A stretch of DNA of 64,000 bases from Botryllus schlosseri. Its lineage: Eukaryota. The stretch is taken from positions 22,940,001 through 23,004,000 of the forward strand of contig CM119382.1 in assembly GCA_051294905.1 (NCBI GenBank). Reading direction: 5' to 3'. Positions 11,170 through 26,000 of this stretch are shown here, in pieces. Under the pieces are notes generated by a model. It was not told where the DNA came from, did no database searches, and worked only from the letters and a program-made list of their open reading frames with translations. The translations under genes were made by a program, and so were the position numbers. Every line of letters begins with the position of its first letter. The first letter of the stretch is position 1.

Positions 11170-12960
11170 TGATGTGTCTGGAGTTTAATGGTCGACCCTT
11201 TCCGTGGTGGGTCATCCGGAGACATCAACATTTGTCCAAACTAGAGCCGGGTCGGTGCCAAAAAAATCGGCGGCGATAAAACCTAATTGACACATAATGG
11301 CCATCACTGGTCGCTCGATATTTATATATGTCAGGTTATCGAAATGGTCCGCACCAAAAAGTCCTCTCCTTGAAATATGAGTGCAAATTTGCCCATGCTA
11401 CCCACAAAGAAAAATAATCCACCCGATTTGGCATCAACTGCGTCACACATGTTCCATACAATTGAGATGCATTCAACTGGTTTTCCGCACATTATGTATT
11501 TCATACATGCCCGTAAAATGTAGCATACTAATAGACAAAAAAGCATTCATTTCAATGTGTGAGGATTGAGTCGTGAAATGCCAATAATACTGATATTTGG
11601 GTCGCAGTATAAAATGTTCAGGACTCCACTAATCTGACATATCGACCTGGACTACCAAACAAGCCTCGTTCATTTCAATCGCCGGCTGTAAGTCAAGGTG
11701 AGCGTTTCATTTAAAGACTTGGCCTACTCCAAGTGTTGCACCGTCCCATCTTTTCATTGTATAGCAATCCTGTTTTCAATAAAATGATAGCGTGGTCGGG
11801 AAACTCAAATGCTACTTGAACCGAAGTATGACGCTCGAGAGACGTATAAACAAATCCATTACGTATATTATTGAAGTCCTATAAGTAGCAACTACAGTTC
11901 AATACTTTTATTTGTCAATAACGTCGACTTGACTCGAATGAAAACTATAAAAGTAAGATTGGCCCAGAACCTTGAGACTTGATTACAACCCTGAACAGCG
12001 GTGTAGCCTTGGGTGTTGTTTTTGGAAGGGGCCGGAATTCGTCTCATTGCGTTCACGTAACCCCGTTCTTTTGAAATGTCGAATTTATATTCAATATTCC
12101 ACAGATAATTCGCAATACAGTAATTCGTATTAGTTGCTTCAGAATTTTATCCAGTTTGTTGTGTTTCAGATATATTGTAGCGTTAGTTCTAGTTCTACTT
12201 CTACTTCTAATTGCCCCTTTTGACTGGCGAGATAGCGTAGTGGCATATTCAACAGCTGCAACATCTACGGGCTGCGGGTTCGATTACGACCGAAGTAGAC
12301 TTCAGAATTGCAACCTAAGTGTTGGACGTTTATCTAAGCTCCTTCTCGCCATTTCATCCGTTTAAGCGGTGTCTTATAAAAAGCCTACAAGTAGGACTTG
12401 CTAGAAGTCGGCAGATACAGAATAAAAATGAAGAGAATTGGCCTGGTGTAAATGACCATAGTAGTCGACAAGCATCATGTATACCACAAACAACAACTTT
12501 ATAACCGTCCTGAAAATCATGTGGTCTTCAAAGTCTTGTTACAACGTTTCTTCTTAATCTAGGACAGCTCGAGTTCAATACAAAATCTTATGCAGAAACG
12601 AAATATAATAAATATTCAACAACATACTGCTACGAAGCACTTGGGATAAAATCGGGTAAACTTTCTATTCACAGTAAACTTGGTGATAAAACACAATATA
12701 AGATGTCGAGGGTTTCGCAGGCTTCCAAAATGCTGACAATTTTGGTCTTCATCGTTCGTCCATGTCCAGTGTGTCGTCATACATCAAAAATCGAAGTCAT
12801 CAGGACCAGAGGTCGCGTACTGGACTCGATCTTGATGTGATTTTGAAAATGTCGCGCCCCCATTTCGTGAAGGTTCTCTGGAAAGGGCATCAAAATCACA
12901 TTTGGCTGATTTCGACGATGGTGAGATCCTAAACTCGAATATATTAGTTTGTAGCTGTCT
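11170..12960 (-). pseudogene. Possible highly decayed non-LTR retrotransposon RT fragments (R2/NeSL-like)
   Basis: Scattered minus-strand peptides TSGPDD (~12800), AKSGGL (~11420) and QMLMSPDD (~11220) occur in the expected order. Weak and interrupted by a SINE. Confidence 0.3.
12226..12497 (+). mobile_element. tRNA-derived SINE (family A)
   Basis: A box TAGCGTAGTGG and B box GGTTCGATT. Colinear homology over ~270 bp with the copy at 34283-34545. Confidence 0.75.
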
Positions 12961-13887
12961 GCGTTACGGTATATACTGGTGCAGGTGATTTGTTCCAACT
13001 CTTTCGATGCTCAGAATCCTCATTATATGTTCGCGAAATCGAGAAAATGTATTTCTATATGGGATATCTGCCATGCTATTTAAAGCTCATTTCAGAAGGG
13101 GCATGTGGTAATGAATTGCAAAATCAAGACTAGGTAAGCAATTTACTTTGATTAGCCTACCTGTGTGGAACAGTAGCTTATATTGTCGTGTAGTTAAACG
13201 ATTATCATCAATAGAGTAAGAGCGATGACGATGCACAATCCGCGACAGTGCACATACTGCGACAACTCAGACTTCACGCCAATATGTGAGTATTAAGTTA
13301 TTAAATTGGGTAATTTCAAGTTTTTCAGGCGTAAAATGGCATCAGAAATTGACAGGGATTCAATGGTGTCAAATGATGATGTTTATGTTCATATTGAGGC
13401 TTGTATTCGAACACAAACGGGCTTTATCGGTATATGACTGCGCCCAAATACTGAATTTGAGTACCGGCCGGTACGAGTACTAGTCAGAATTACGAGCCAT
13501 TAACGTCACAATGACTACCCAAACTCATTTATGACCTCATATGAATCACATGTGAAACTTACAACGCCACAGTCAACCTTTGAGTATCATGGAAACACCA
13601 GCCACAGGCATACCTTGGCTGCAGCGCGTCTGAAATCGTTAAACTTCAGGTCGTATTTTGTATCGACACGACAGCATCCCATCAATGAAGGTAAGTTGGA
13701 TAGCATCATTAGAATATAGATTGCTAACCTAGAAGTGATATCACCAGGATTTGGTGCGCACCAATCCCCGCCCCTGCTGCTATTTATGTTCGTCGCTTTA
13801 CACTAGATTATCGCGATGCGTATTTTGCACTATCTATTGATAATAATTTGCTTCCGAGAAATAAATAACATTCATTATACGTTAGAT

Positions 13888-15066
13888 CAGACCTGGGCAA
13901 AGTGCGGCCCGCGGGCCAAATGCGGCCCGCGAAGCCATTCTGTGCGGCCCGCGCGACGTTGCTTGGAATTTATAACATTAAAACTACTTTTTGAATGTTG
14001 ACGAGTATACTAAAACCATAGGCTGAATCAACTAAACAGGAAATACGTTGACTTTGAAGTCTGTTCAATCAGTTCTCGCGATTACTATATGCCTAATCAT
14101 ATAATACGCATAAAGGATGCATGGGCAATTGGGCATGTCAAAAAAAGAAAGCCGAGAGCTGAAATTCAAAGAAGGTTAGAGCGCTGAATATTCGTATACT
14201 GGAGTTAGGGGTAAACCCGTCCTTTTTAGTTTTTGCCGAGCATGTCATAGAGATTAAGGATTTCAATTATGGCAAAAACACGAAACACTCGGTCAAGGGA
14301 GGGCTAATTTCGGAAAAACTACAAGGTTTGCGTAACAACAAGGCGGGGCCTACGTATAGGGCCGCATCAAGGCTATTTGTGCTGCGCACTGCTCGGAAGA
14401 CAGCGATCGAGACAATAAACTCTGTACCATGCCATATACATTATGGCATTATGCCATATACATTGCAGTGGTTCTCGAACTGTGGGCGTGAAAGCATCGG
14501 AAGAGGGGCACAAAGCCGAAATTAAACGAGATTTTTTTCGCGCTCCGCGCGATTTACCCAAAGATAACGGTGTTATAGTTATGGCTCTGTGTATTGTCCG
14601 CCATTGATATTTCAGAATTCTCTCATCATCAGCCATAACCTTACTTGCCATCAAACCATCCGTTGGGATTGCTATGATTCTTGTTGCTCTTTTTACTGTT
14701 TGTGATATCGTGATAGGGGGTCGATTTTTTTCACTATCATAAAAGGAAGCGTGCCTAAAAAACTTTGAGACCCACTGTTTTAGTGTCTTAATAGAAGAAC
14801 GTGGATAGGGGTCTAAATAGAGGTAAAAATGTATCATGTTTAACATTGTTTCGAGTCATGACGACAAATATATCATTTTATAATTTACCGCCACTCGTCT
14901 CTCATTACCAAACATCAACACATTCACAGAGCAGCATTAATAACGATGCAATTTTGAGATAAAATTAAAAAACGCTAGAAAATATAGCTAATTTTTTTTC
15001 ACTCGGCCGCGAACGCATTTTCTACTTCTCGTTTGGCCCGCGGAGGAAAATAATTGCCCACCCCTG
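13888..15066. mobile_element. hAT (Charlie/Buster-type) non-autonomous element
   Basis: CAGACCTGGGCAA start and TTGCCCACCCCTG end. Perfect TSD CGTTAGAT. GCGGCCCGCG subterminal motifs. A further TIR-bounded piece probably sits at 14466-14777. Confidence 0.85.
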
Positions 15067-15375
15067 CGTTAGATAATACTTTTTTTATATATTCTATTAT
15101 GTGTATTTAGGACTAATGCGACTTGGTAATATTAATGCGTACACTTTCGAGAAACAAGGACGTTGGTATCATTCAGATTCTGCGCAAGTTTCACGTGATA
15201 AACACGATTTTTTTGTATTTCAGACTATGTATGTTCACGAAGACTGCGATATCGCATAGATATATGCATCATCACTAATTAATTACCGGAATGCGACTTG
15301 ATAATATTAATCCCTAATAACGTAGTTAAACGCTCTATGTTCGTGGATAATATAAGCTCTCAGATAACACTACAG

Positions 15376-16024
15376 CAGGGATGGGCAAACTTTTGAGCCG
15401 CATTCAATATCTGAATCCATTCCACTACATATAAAATTGGGATTATAAACCAAACTAAATATTGATATTTGACTATATAGTGACGACATGGAGATAAAAA
15501 ATATGCCTATTCAAAACAAAACAAACATTGCTATTGATGATATCGTACACGCGTCAAAAACAGTGGCGAGATTTCATAGGCTGGTGTAGCACAATAACCA
15601 ATTTGTCAAAACTATAGAGATGATTGTCAGTTGTCCCGTTGTTCCCCCTTATCGCCATATCACAATACGCAACCCGGAAGCTAGCAAGCCTAACGAATAG
15701 TTTGATGGCATGGAAGGTTACGACTGTTTTAGATATGAAATTCAGACTAAATACAGAGCAATAATCATCAATTGGATGTAAATCGCGCAATGCGCGAAAA
15801 AAATTCAATTGAGATCAGCTTCGCGCCTCCCTTCAGATGCTTTCACGCCCCTCAGTTTGAGAACCAGTGCCTTAAAATTATCATGGTGAAATATACTAAG
15901 AAAAAGTTTAACAAGTCCCTGCAATAATTCGACTTTTGGTACGCATTTTATCAATATTTTAATAAGATTCTTTAGACTCTTGCGGGCCGCATGCGGCCCG
16001 CGAGCAATAGTTCGCCCACCCCTG
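15376..16024. mobile_element. hAT (Charlie/Buster-type) MITE
   Basis: CAGGGATGGGCAAAC start and GTTCGCCCACCCCTG end. TSD CACTACAG and CACTAGAG (7 of 8). Confidence 0.8.
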
Positions 16025-17011
16025 CACTAGAGCAATACACTCATCAACGTTGAATGATAGGTTGTAGGATCATCATGACTATCGAGTTTTTGAGAATATG
16101 AATTCTCGCATATTTCACTTAACGTTGAACCAGGTTTCATGACGTCATCGCAGAGGAATTAGGCGACTATCTCGCTCTCGGTTATAGGTTCGATTCCCGT
16201 AGTCACCTTCACACGATTCAGTAGAGGGATCCAAGTTACGGTTTCTGCATTGTCCACATTTTACGACTTATTTTCATTAGACGTTGGCAAGCGATTCTCA
16301 AGCTCGGAGATATGGCACCAAATCAGTCGCATGTGCGCGTTCCGAAGTCGTAACAGCTTGGTAGCATATACTTGAATCCCAAGGCGAAAATAATCGAACG
16401 AACTGTAGCCGCAGGCGCGCGATTCTCATGGCTATAATTATACTAACACTTTCGCTGCATGTACGCGACCCCCAGCGTTATAACGATAAGGGCTAATAAG
16501 CGCGTTCTGTAGCTGTAAATTCAGTCTACTTCATTGAGATAGGCTTATATTAACGATGATAATCTCAATTTCGCGCACTCGTCAAGGTTATACAAACATA
16601 ACCTTGAACTACTCTTTACTTCACAAAATCTAAAGTTATAAAAGTAAGCAGATTTGTATGGAAAACAGTAAATAGAAGTAAACGTAGCCTACAAACATAA
16701 CTACTTACTGAAAAATCGTTGCGTACAAGTGGGGTTAGTCTACGAACATAACCACTTACTTATTCTGAAATATCTACTTGTACTTGTGTGCTAAATAGTG
16801 CTAAATACGCATCGCGATAATCTAGTGTTGAGCTACGAACATAAATAGCCTCATGAGCACGGATTGGTGCGCACCTAATCCAGGTGATATCAATACTTAA
16901 CCTACGCTAGAATATTAACCTGCGTAGCTTGGAAATCTTACAATCAGATATCTCTCGATTGCGGTAGCTACGCCGTTACCATAAGTTAGGATTCGGGGTA
17001 CTTTGCGAAAA

Positions 17012-20000
17012 TCACGGCATTTCGACAATTGTTGATTTTAGCTCGGCGCCAAAAAAGTTACGATCATGATGTCTAACTAAAACGCATGAGATTATAACCA
17101 CAGAAGAAATCTCGAAACTATTACTGTACAAATAAATTCGACGACTGTCTCACGCAATCGGAATAACCGATTATTCGGCAAACACCCGCTACAGAGAATG
17201 TTTCTTCCCGGAAAATAACAAAACAATATCTTACTCTTGTATCACGAAATTCTCCATCCCAGGATATTGAGGTCTCCCCAGTTTCTCTTCAGGCGATGAA
17301 ACTTTTATCGGAGCAGTCTAATCATGAAGAGAAAGGATTGAAATCGCGTTCCGTCCTCCAAATCTATATGACTCCATTTAAATGTTTCATCGGAATTTTG
17401 AGCCAATACCGATAGTACTGATCTATTTGGTAAGTAATCAAAAGCACCTGGTAAATAGCTTCGCACTTCTAAAATTACGCAGCCAGCAATTATTTGAAAA
17501 GCGTTACAGCGGTGGTTCCTAGACGGTGGGGATTTCCGGTGGCAAACGTACGCACTTGCGAAACAACTACAGTATTTACAAATGTACGGGGGCGGGACAC
17601 TACGATTATGATTACTCCACTGCTCAGGACTGAATATGTCGCTAATTTTTCGTGTGCCTACAGGTTAGGGCAAGTCGTCAAAAACTACTTGAGTACTCAC
17701 AGAATGACTCATGCGTGTTGTAAACGCGCATAAGCTAGATGCAGTATTTTTTTAATCGTATGAGTAGGCTATATCGGGGTTATCGGTGATAGATATCGGT
17801 TTTATCGGTATCTGTTCAAGTATAGCGGTGGCGGAACCAGTGTCCGAATTAAGCGGAGAATAGTCCAAATGAACGGGGGATTTATTAGGTGCAATCTTTA
17901 TCGATCTCGATCATTTTATATAAAGTGTCCGTGTCATCCGGTGTCATAATTAAGCGGATCCAAATATGTCGCTAATTATTTCCTTTATGGTTAAATAAGC
18001 GAATGGTGCATTCATAATTTATTGAAGCCGACAATTTTCGGCTGACACATTTCAGGTATAATCGACAGCAACTTCTAGAGTCTTAGAATAAACATTGTAT
18101 ACCATCAATTGTACCAGCTGCTTACGATTACCTGACTTCGGGTATATATCACTAGCGATACACTATTCAATTGCATAATGTAGTTACCTATCATACCTTC
18201 GAGAAGCAATTCAGCTTAAATATACGCAAAAAACATATTAAGATACCAACCTTGGCGTGGTGTTTTGACAGCGAGGTCTTTGCCATTAGATGCACGAAGG
18301 TGGACCAGCGATGCGCCAACATAGTGAAGAACTGGACGAATAGAATCACGAGAAAGAAGAGAAGGAAGAGAAACGAGAGAGGCTGGAGCTGTGAGAATCG
18401 GATGAGTGAGCGATTAGTTGTTTTTTTGCGTTGTTCTAGCTCTAGTGCAAGTTGCGGATTTGCAAGAGCGACTATAGCTCTAGTTCTAGTTGCGTAGTTT
18501 GGAAAGTGAGTAGTTTTAGCCCTATTTGCGGATCTTGAAAAGTGAACAATTCTAGTTCTAGTAGTGGATTTAGAGAAGTGAATACTTCTAGCTCTAACCA
18601 GACATTTTCAAAAGCCAGTAGTCTCTACATATCATGTCGAAGCATAACTCACCACGATCTCATTCCCGTTCCTGTCATAAAACGAGATGTTGATGTCGTC
18701 GATCGCGAGTGTGAGGGAGAACGTGAGCACGATCCACAGGCTGTTGATGAGGAAATAAGCGCCAGTCATCTTATTCTTAAGCGCCACCAGTTCCTCTTCC
18801 ACTTTCTTCTGGGCTTCCTGGAATGAAGAGCTCGAAATTTAGGGGGCATTTAGGTTTCATTTCGAAATGCTGACTACTTGGAATCACATCACGCGCTATA
18901 AGTCAGGGGGTAATAAGTCAGAGATTTATTTTCGTCTACTTATATGACTTCCTCTTCTACTCCGCTCTTTTTTGGGCTGAACTACCTACTTTTATTACTT
19001 TTTATTATGTAAAGTGCTTCTACTTTGCCAAAGAGATCAAGTAGCTTTTGCATTCCAGCACTTTACACATGGGCCTACTTCATTTGGACTGAATAGTTTT
19101 TCGGCTAAACTATTAACATTGGGCACGTAGGATTTTGAAAATATAGATTTTGGATATGCATGCATTGCTTTTGTGGACGAAATTGTCACGAGAATATTGT
19201 GTAACAGTTCCTGTATCAAAGTCGACTCAAGCATTCCTTGTCAAGTAGAGGAGGTGTATGTAGGCTCCTCCTCGCCTTAATCCGCGTAAACGGAGTCAAG
19301 TGGGCAGTGCTTCAAGTATGCATATTAGGGTTGCCCAAAATTTGGAAAGTCTTTGAAAATGCCCTATTTTAGTGTCTCATTCTATAGATTATTGATAAAA
19401 AACTACAATGAGCCTCAAAGAACTCACGGGAAAGCCGTTAAGATTTCGGGCAAAGAGCTTGAAAGTAACTGCCCAAGAATGGGTGTGTCACCGACCATAA
19501 AACGGCGAGAAGACTATTAATCACATAACCAGGGCTTTTCATTGGCTAGCCAGCTATGATTCGACGATCGCGACCTCTTTTCTGCAGCCGATTACCTTTC
19601 GAAAGTATGCTTTTGAAACCACTCGAATACTTTTCAGAAATTCATTCCGCTAGAATTAGTGTTGACATGCCTTCGAATTCGCTACATCTACCTAGTGAAA
19701 ATTTGATGCGGCGGTGGGGCTGTATCATTTTTCGCAAGAAATGACACTCAAATAAAGAAATGTTTAGCAATCACTCCGCCACTACGTAAATACGCCCCAT
19801 TTCCGCCGTCCAGTTTTGCTTTAACCCAGTGGTTCCCAACCTTTTTCGACTCATCGCCCCCTTTTGAAGCTCCACACCGATCATCGCCCCCCAAATATTG
19901 GTAACCGAAATACAGCACTTCGTCACCCCCTAAAACGTTGGTCTTTGTCCCCATAGTGTGATAAACCACCTCAGACCCCCTGTCAGCCAGTGAGCTTTTT

Positions 20001-23000
20001 TTCGCTACATATCAGCTATACCCTATTTCATGTACTGTTTGGTGAGTCACCGTATTTCGCCTAAACGCGCGAAGTGCCACAAATTTATATAATTCATGTT
20101 TGAATCGGTCAATATGGTCGGGAATTGCATATACATTGCTATCAATTTTTTCATCCTCTTTCTGCTCACGTAGTCAGATTTACCGGTAGAGCTGAGTGTG
20201 GTGTGTTGGAAAAGGTAGGACACCCCGAAATAATATTTAAACATCTTCAGGCGTATACCCGTTGGCAGGAACGAAACAACACTTCGTCAGGCCCCCAAAA
20301 TAAACGTTGGTCTTGGGCTCCCATTGGGTGATAAACCGACCCCCATCACGTTGTTCGCTTTGGCCACGAAATTAGGCGGAATCGTTCTTATATTGACTTC
20401 TTTACATGTTGCTATCTCGTGACTTCCTATATCTGCTATGTCAGAAGGTATGGAACTCGTCAAAACGTACCAAACTAAAAGACGCACATGATTTCAAATT
20501 GGTAAATAATATTTTTCTTTGCGGGATGGCATTTGTCCTGTAGGGTTAAGGTCGCCAGGGCAGGAACATTCGAAGCCAGCCATTGAGGCACCTATGGACA
20601 ATTAAACATATATGTATATATATCGAAGTTTTCGGTCAGCACAAGAATATTCCTTTTCGGCCAAGGTCTTCTCGCTGCTGATCGTTCTGGCACACTTCTC
20701 GGAGTCGCATGTTGCACGGCCTCTAACTTCATATGTCTTAGTGCGTCGTGGCGCAGTAATGTCTGACATCGAAGTCTCACATTTCCATAAATCCTGCGTA
20801 ATTTTGTTGGGGGACGGGTATCCCAGAGTCAAGATATATGAAAATATAAAATCGCGCGAATTTTTTTTGAAAAAGTTGCATGAATTACTAAGAAATTACT
20901 CTACAATTTATGTTAATTCACGAAGTAATTTAGGCCTCCCTCGAGTTTGGGCCCCCTACCCCCAATTGGGGGGTTTGGGGTGCGGTAGTTACGGTCCCGA
21001 CTACAATATAGCCGTCTTAACGCGCCATCGCCCCCCTAGACAGCCAAATCGCCCACGTTGGGAACCACTGCTTTAACCAATGCTCAGGATTCGAATTGAA
21101 CAAAGACAAAACTGAAACTACCTTATTCGCGATGATGGGTTCCAAATATTCTTTGATCATTTCCGTCCAGAAAACCCATTCGTCCATCTCTATGTCTCTG
21201 AAATTTCAAATGCACCACCAGCTTTTTCAAGTGAGGCTAGAATTAGCGGTAAATGTGGGCATTTCTTTACAAAATAGAGTAGAATAAGAATTATATCTAT
21301 ACAGAATTTTCCCAATTTGATTAGAATGAAAATTAGAGTAACACATTTTTGATTCAAATATGATTACAATTAGAATTACAACCACAGTTTCTTTTTCAAG
21401 TTAAAATAATATCAGAATTACTGAATTCAAATCCTAGCTATAAAGAAATACAGTAAAATCGAGTTAAGTTTGTATCAAAGCAGAGTTAATTCTCATAAGC
21501 ACTAGAATGAAGAATGTCGGCACACCGAGCGTGGCTCGCGTCGCACTGCACAGTTCTCCTGTAACATTTTCACGAAAGAATAAAATTAGATGAGAAATAC
21601 AATGAGGGCATAGGAACATTTCACAATTTAGATTAGAATTGATTTGTTGACTCTAATTGGTATAAAGGCAACTTGAATCATATAGTCGTCAAATTATATC
21701 TGAGTTGAAGCCAAAACAACTCAAACTCGATCACGAACCGCAGTTTTCCGTTTCCCAGTTTGCCGAGGGTTATCCAGCGCACGCTTTCCTCCTCTTCTGC
21801 ATGCCTCCGAACCTCCTCTAGCGTCATGCTGGACATAGCAAAAGCAAGCAGGTTTTGCGATGCAATGATTCACGGAAGATTGAAAATAGATAATCACCTT
21901 GTTTCCTCGGAATCGCCGGTGACCTGAATCAAAAGTATAGGTGCGAACAGTAGTGAAATGCTTATTTTTCCAGTTACTTCAGTCGGTTTTGCCTGCATTC
22001 ACTGGTTACCGAGCTGTCGCATTTATCAATTTGAACAGGTTTAGGCCGAGCTACATTCTACGTTTTGAAATCCAGAGGATAATTTAGTGGTGGTGTGACT
22101 TTACAATGACAGGATTCTGGCATTTAGCCAGGATTTAGTCACTTAGCTCATATACTTCAAACATTAGAGGAAAATGCAGAGAAAGTCAGAACTGATCTAT
22201 TTCGACTGTTTGCGAGTACTTGTAGTACTTAGTCAAGTGGTTATACTTTCAGAATACTTCCACTTCGAATAGTTTTACGCGTAAATACACCCGCTGTCAA
22301 GCGGGATTTTATAAGTAGTTAGTAATTGGGATAGGTTTGCTTCAGTTTAGTAAGTGATATTGTCACGACTAGACCTCTATCATGATAACTTAATTTTAAA
22401 TAATCAAAAGTCACACCTATTCGTGATTTGACTGATCCTTAGAGTCATGAAACCACTCGACCAAATATACTCTTCAAAAGTGCTTATTTCAGTAATTTTC
22501 AGGCCTTTCATTTTCTAGCAAAGTACTCGTACTAGTTTTTATATTTCTTTAAAATTGCTATTCCCACTTTTAAGTTTATAGGCTAGGTGTTACTTCTACT
22601 TCTACTTGGGCAGGACCTATGACTACTTCAACTTGAACCACCTCCAACCTGAAGTGATTGTCACCAAACAAAAGATTTGGATCCATCTATTACGACGCAC
22701 TTTTCCGAGTCTTTCTCTCAATCGATTCCCGACCAGATCCCCTCCTCTGAGAACAAATTTTTGTAAGTTTCTTTGCATTCCTGTTCCATTCCCTTCTAAA
22801 TGTGACTTACTGCATTCGCCGTAAGTCCCCAACAGTCTTCAAGTTTTTGTTCTGCTTCATTTTTTCTACAGATAGTTCATTCTCCGCGCCCCCTCGGGGA
22901 GCTACAAAGAAAGTGTCCGTCGTCAACGGAGTTGGAACCGAGTCACAAGTAAACCGTACTTTGTGGTTTTTTTTAATAGTAGTAGCGAAAATTAGATTCG

Positions 23001-26000
23001 CATGAGCAACTACTGCAAGTAGAGATTAAAACTACTTGGGTATTTCGAAAGTGAAGGTACTTCGCTACTGACCATCTCCGATGTCAAAGGGGGTCATTGC
23101 AGAGTTATAAACAAGTCACAAAATCACTCACAAGTCAATCTTACTTTTATAGTTTTGACTTGAGTCAGGTCTACTCGCCGAAAAAAGGTGGCTTGACTTC
23201 ATTCATACAAACTACTGAAAATTAGTTATAGTTGTAGTTCCAGTTGCGAGTGTTGAAAGTGGGTAGTTCTTGTTTTAGTTGCGGATTTAAAAACTGGGTA
23301 GTTCTGGTTCTGGTTGCGGATTTTGAAAAGTAAGTAGGTATAGTTCCAGTAGCTAGATTTGAAAATCCATCAGTAGTTCTGGTTCTAGTTCTAGTTCTAG
23401 TTGCGACTTCTTGAAGAGTGAGTAGTTTCACTTCTAGTGGACGATTTCAAGAAGTAAATAGTTCTACTTGCAGTTGTAGTTCTAGTTGTGGATTTCATAA
23501 AGTGGGTGGTTCTAGTTATTATTGCGAGTTCTTGAAGAGTGAGTAGTTCTACTTCTAGTTGATGATTTCAAGAAGTGGACAGTTCTACTTGTAGTTCTAG
23601 TTCTAGTTGCGGATTTCGAAAAGTGGGCAGGTCTAGTTATCGTTCTTGTCTCAGTGGTGGATTGCAATAAGTGAGTAGTTCCAGTTTTTGTTGCGGATTT
23701 TGAAAAAAGAGTAGTTTTAGCTCTAGCCCTAATTGTTAGTTTTGAATAGTGAGTATTTCTGGTTCTAGTTGCCGCTATCAAAAAGTGAGCCGTTCTGCTT
23801 TTACTTCTAGTTCTAGTTCTAGTTACGGATTTTTAAATGTGAGTAGTCCTACTTCTAGTTGTGGATTTTGAAAAGTGTTTAATTCTAGGTGTAGTTGCTA
23901 GTTTTGAAGAGTGAGTAGCTTTAATTGCAGAGTTCAGAAAATAAGCGGTTATGCTTCTATTTCTAGTTGTAGTTGTGGATTAGAAAAAATGAGTAATTTT
24001 AGTTCTAGCTGTGATTGCGTATTTTGAAAAGTGAGTTGTTCTAGTTTTATTTTTAGTTCTGGGTGCGGAATTTAAAACGTGAGTAGTTGGTGGTGTTTGG
24101 TGGGTATGGGGTATCATGGCGCTCAGCAACTGGGGCTTTGTGTGCCAAGCCTGGTTGGGATGGATGATAGTGGGTTATATTCCCCTTTCGATCAATATTA
24201 TAAGATCTATTAAAACGTGAGTAGTGCCAGTTCTATTTTTAATTTCGAGTTTGATAATTCGGTACTTAGTACGCACAAGTTGGGCGTCGTCTACCGCATA
24301 ATTTCAGGAATCTAACCAAAAGTGGTTTGTTTTCTGTGCCTGTGACGCTGATTGGCGTTCGTTGTCAGTTTGTCCGTTCTCTGTCTGAAGCAGCATGTGA
24401 TCTTGCAGAAATCGCCGCAACCGCACGAATATCCGTCTTCGCTGCTGGCGTGGATGTCCGAAGTATAGCGACGAATACCTTTGCCCTCTTCATTCTCTTT
24501 CTCCAACTTTTCGCGCTACGGGGATATAATAGCAGCCTAGGATCATCCTTACTATATAACGGAGTATGAACAACATCCACTGTAGCAGTCCTTACGCAGA
24601 TCGGGTTATTGTATTTTGACTAGAACCCATACCGATAAAACCGTAACAAAAGTTTTTAACGGCATTTTTAGCAAACCTAGCAGTTTTATAGACTAGCCAG
24701 ATATATTCGTTAAAAAACATAATTTTTGAACAACCCTACTGATACACGATGCAAAGGCTCTAGACTAGAGTATGCTATAAGTCGCGACCCCAGCGTTGGT
24801 AGCACAGGGTATAATTTTAGGAGCCAAATCATCCGACTGACATTTAAATAAGTGTGTAGTATATGCCGAATTTTTTCCACAAAAAAATCTTCGCACGCCC
24901 GGATAGTTTGCACGTTTGTGCACATAATGAAGGTAAGTTGTCTAAAATCATAAACACTCGAGTAATTGGTTCGAGTGGGCAAATCCTATTTTAGTACTCT
25001 GATTAAGTGGAAGTACTTCATTACTAACCAGTTATGCCTTATCTCGTCTAAATGAAACCTTCGCAGTTTAATTCGTGCCCAAGCATAGCGAGATCTGTAA
25101 CGTTGTTCTAATAAATAGCCGACAATGAAGTTTTGAGTGGGCGTCAAAAACTGTGCACTGTCTATTGAATATCGGCTAAACATATCGGATTTTATCGATT
25201 TAGATGCTAGACATCGGATTCTTCGGTATTGACTGTAAAATGCGATATCGGACTCTAATTAAAACAAGAAGAAACAGATGGTTCGTAGAATTGAAATTTT
25301 TCCTGAATCTGCTTGCATCTAGTTGTACCATTATGGATGCTTACAATAGGCGATGTAAGCGAGGATACCATCTAACCTTTTTCTTCTCTTTCTCTTCTTT
25401 TCTCCGCTCTTCTTCCTCCTTTTCTCTCCTGAGGTCTTCCTCGGTCTTGACTTCGCGCGTGCCCCACGACACGTTGTTCATGTTGCACAGACTGTACACC
25501 ATCAGCAGTATGAACGCGGAAGGCACGCAAAGGTAATACAAGACGCCATGTAGGAGACACGACACCTCCGTTGGGTGTATTAGTCCGGTAAACGCGTACA
25601 TTGACACCATCGCAATCATGAACATAGAGTTGGGATTCCACAGCGCTGCGCAAACAGGTCAGATATGAAAACGTCACAGCATGCCATGTATGTAAGCTAT
25701 GCTAAAAGAGGCACCCGAAAAGTCTTCGAGTTTAATAAATATACTGCTACATTGGATGTTGTATTGAAAGCTATATTCAAGTTCTGTACCACGAACCAGC
25801 TATGTAAGCTATGCATGTATAATTGAAAATTTTGCGGACAACTGCGAATAGCTTATTGCACCATGCCATTTCATTTGGCAAGTTTTATACTATACTAGGT
25901 AATGACTATAGTAATCCTAATTTTCTCTGCCAGATTTATTGGTGTACTGGTGTGTGGGTAAGAAAGTAACGTTACGATTTTCATAGCTGTATTTTGATGC

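Noticed and set aside
14373-14846. 157-aa minus-strand ORF
   Set aside because: It lies wholly inside nested hAT MITE sequence and has no recognisable motif. The 154-aa ORF at 20612-21076 was rejected for the same reason.
23222-23781. ORFs with TRTRTR runs
   Set aside because: Translations of the TAGTTC minisatellite inside a chitin synthase intron.
23222-24235. CRISPR-like appearance of repeat arrays (also 9146-9270 and 5467-5750)
   Set aside because: Eukaryotic context, degenerate units, no unique spacers of constant length and no cas genes.
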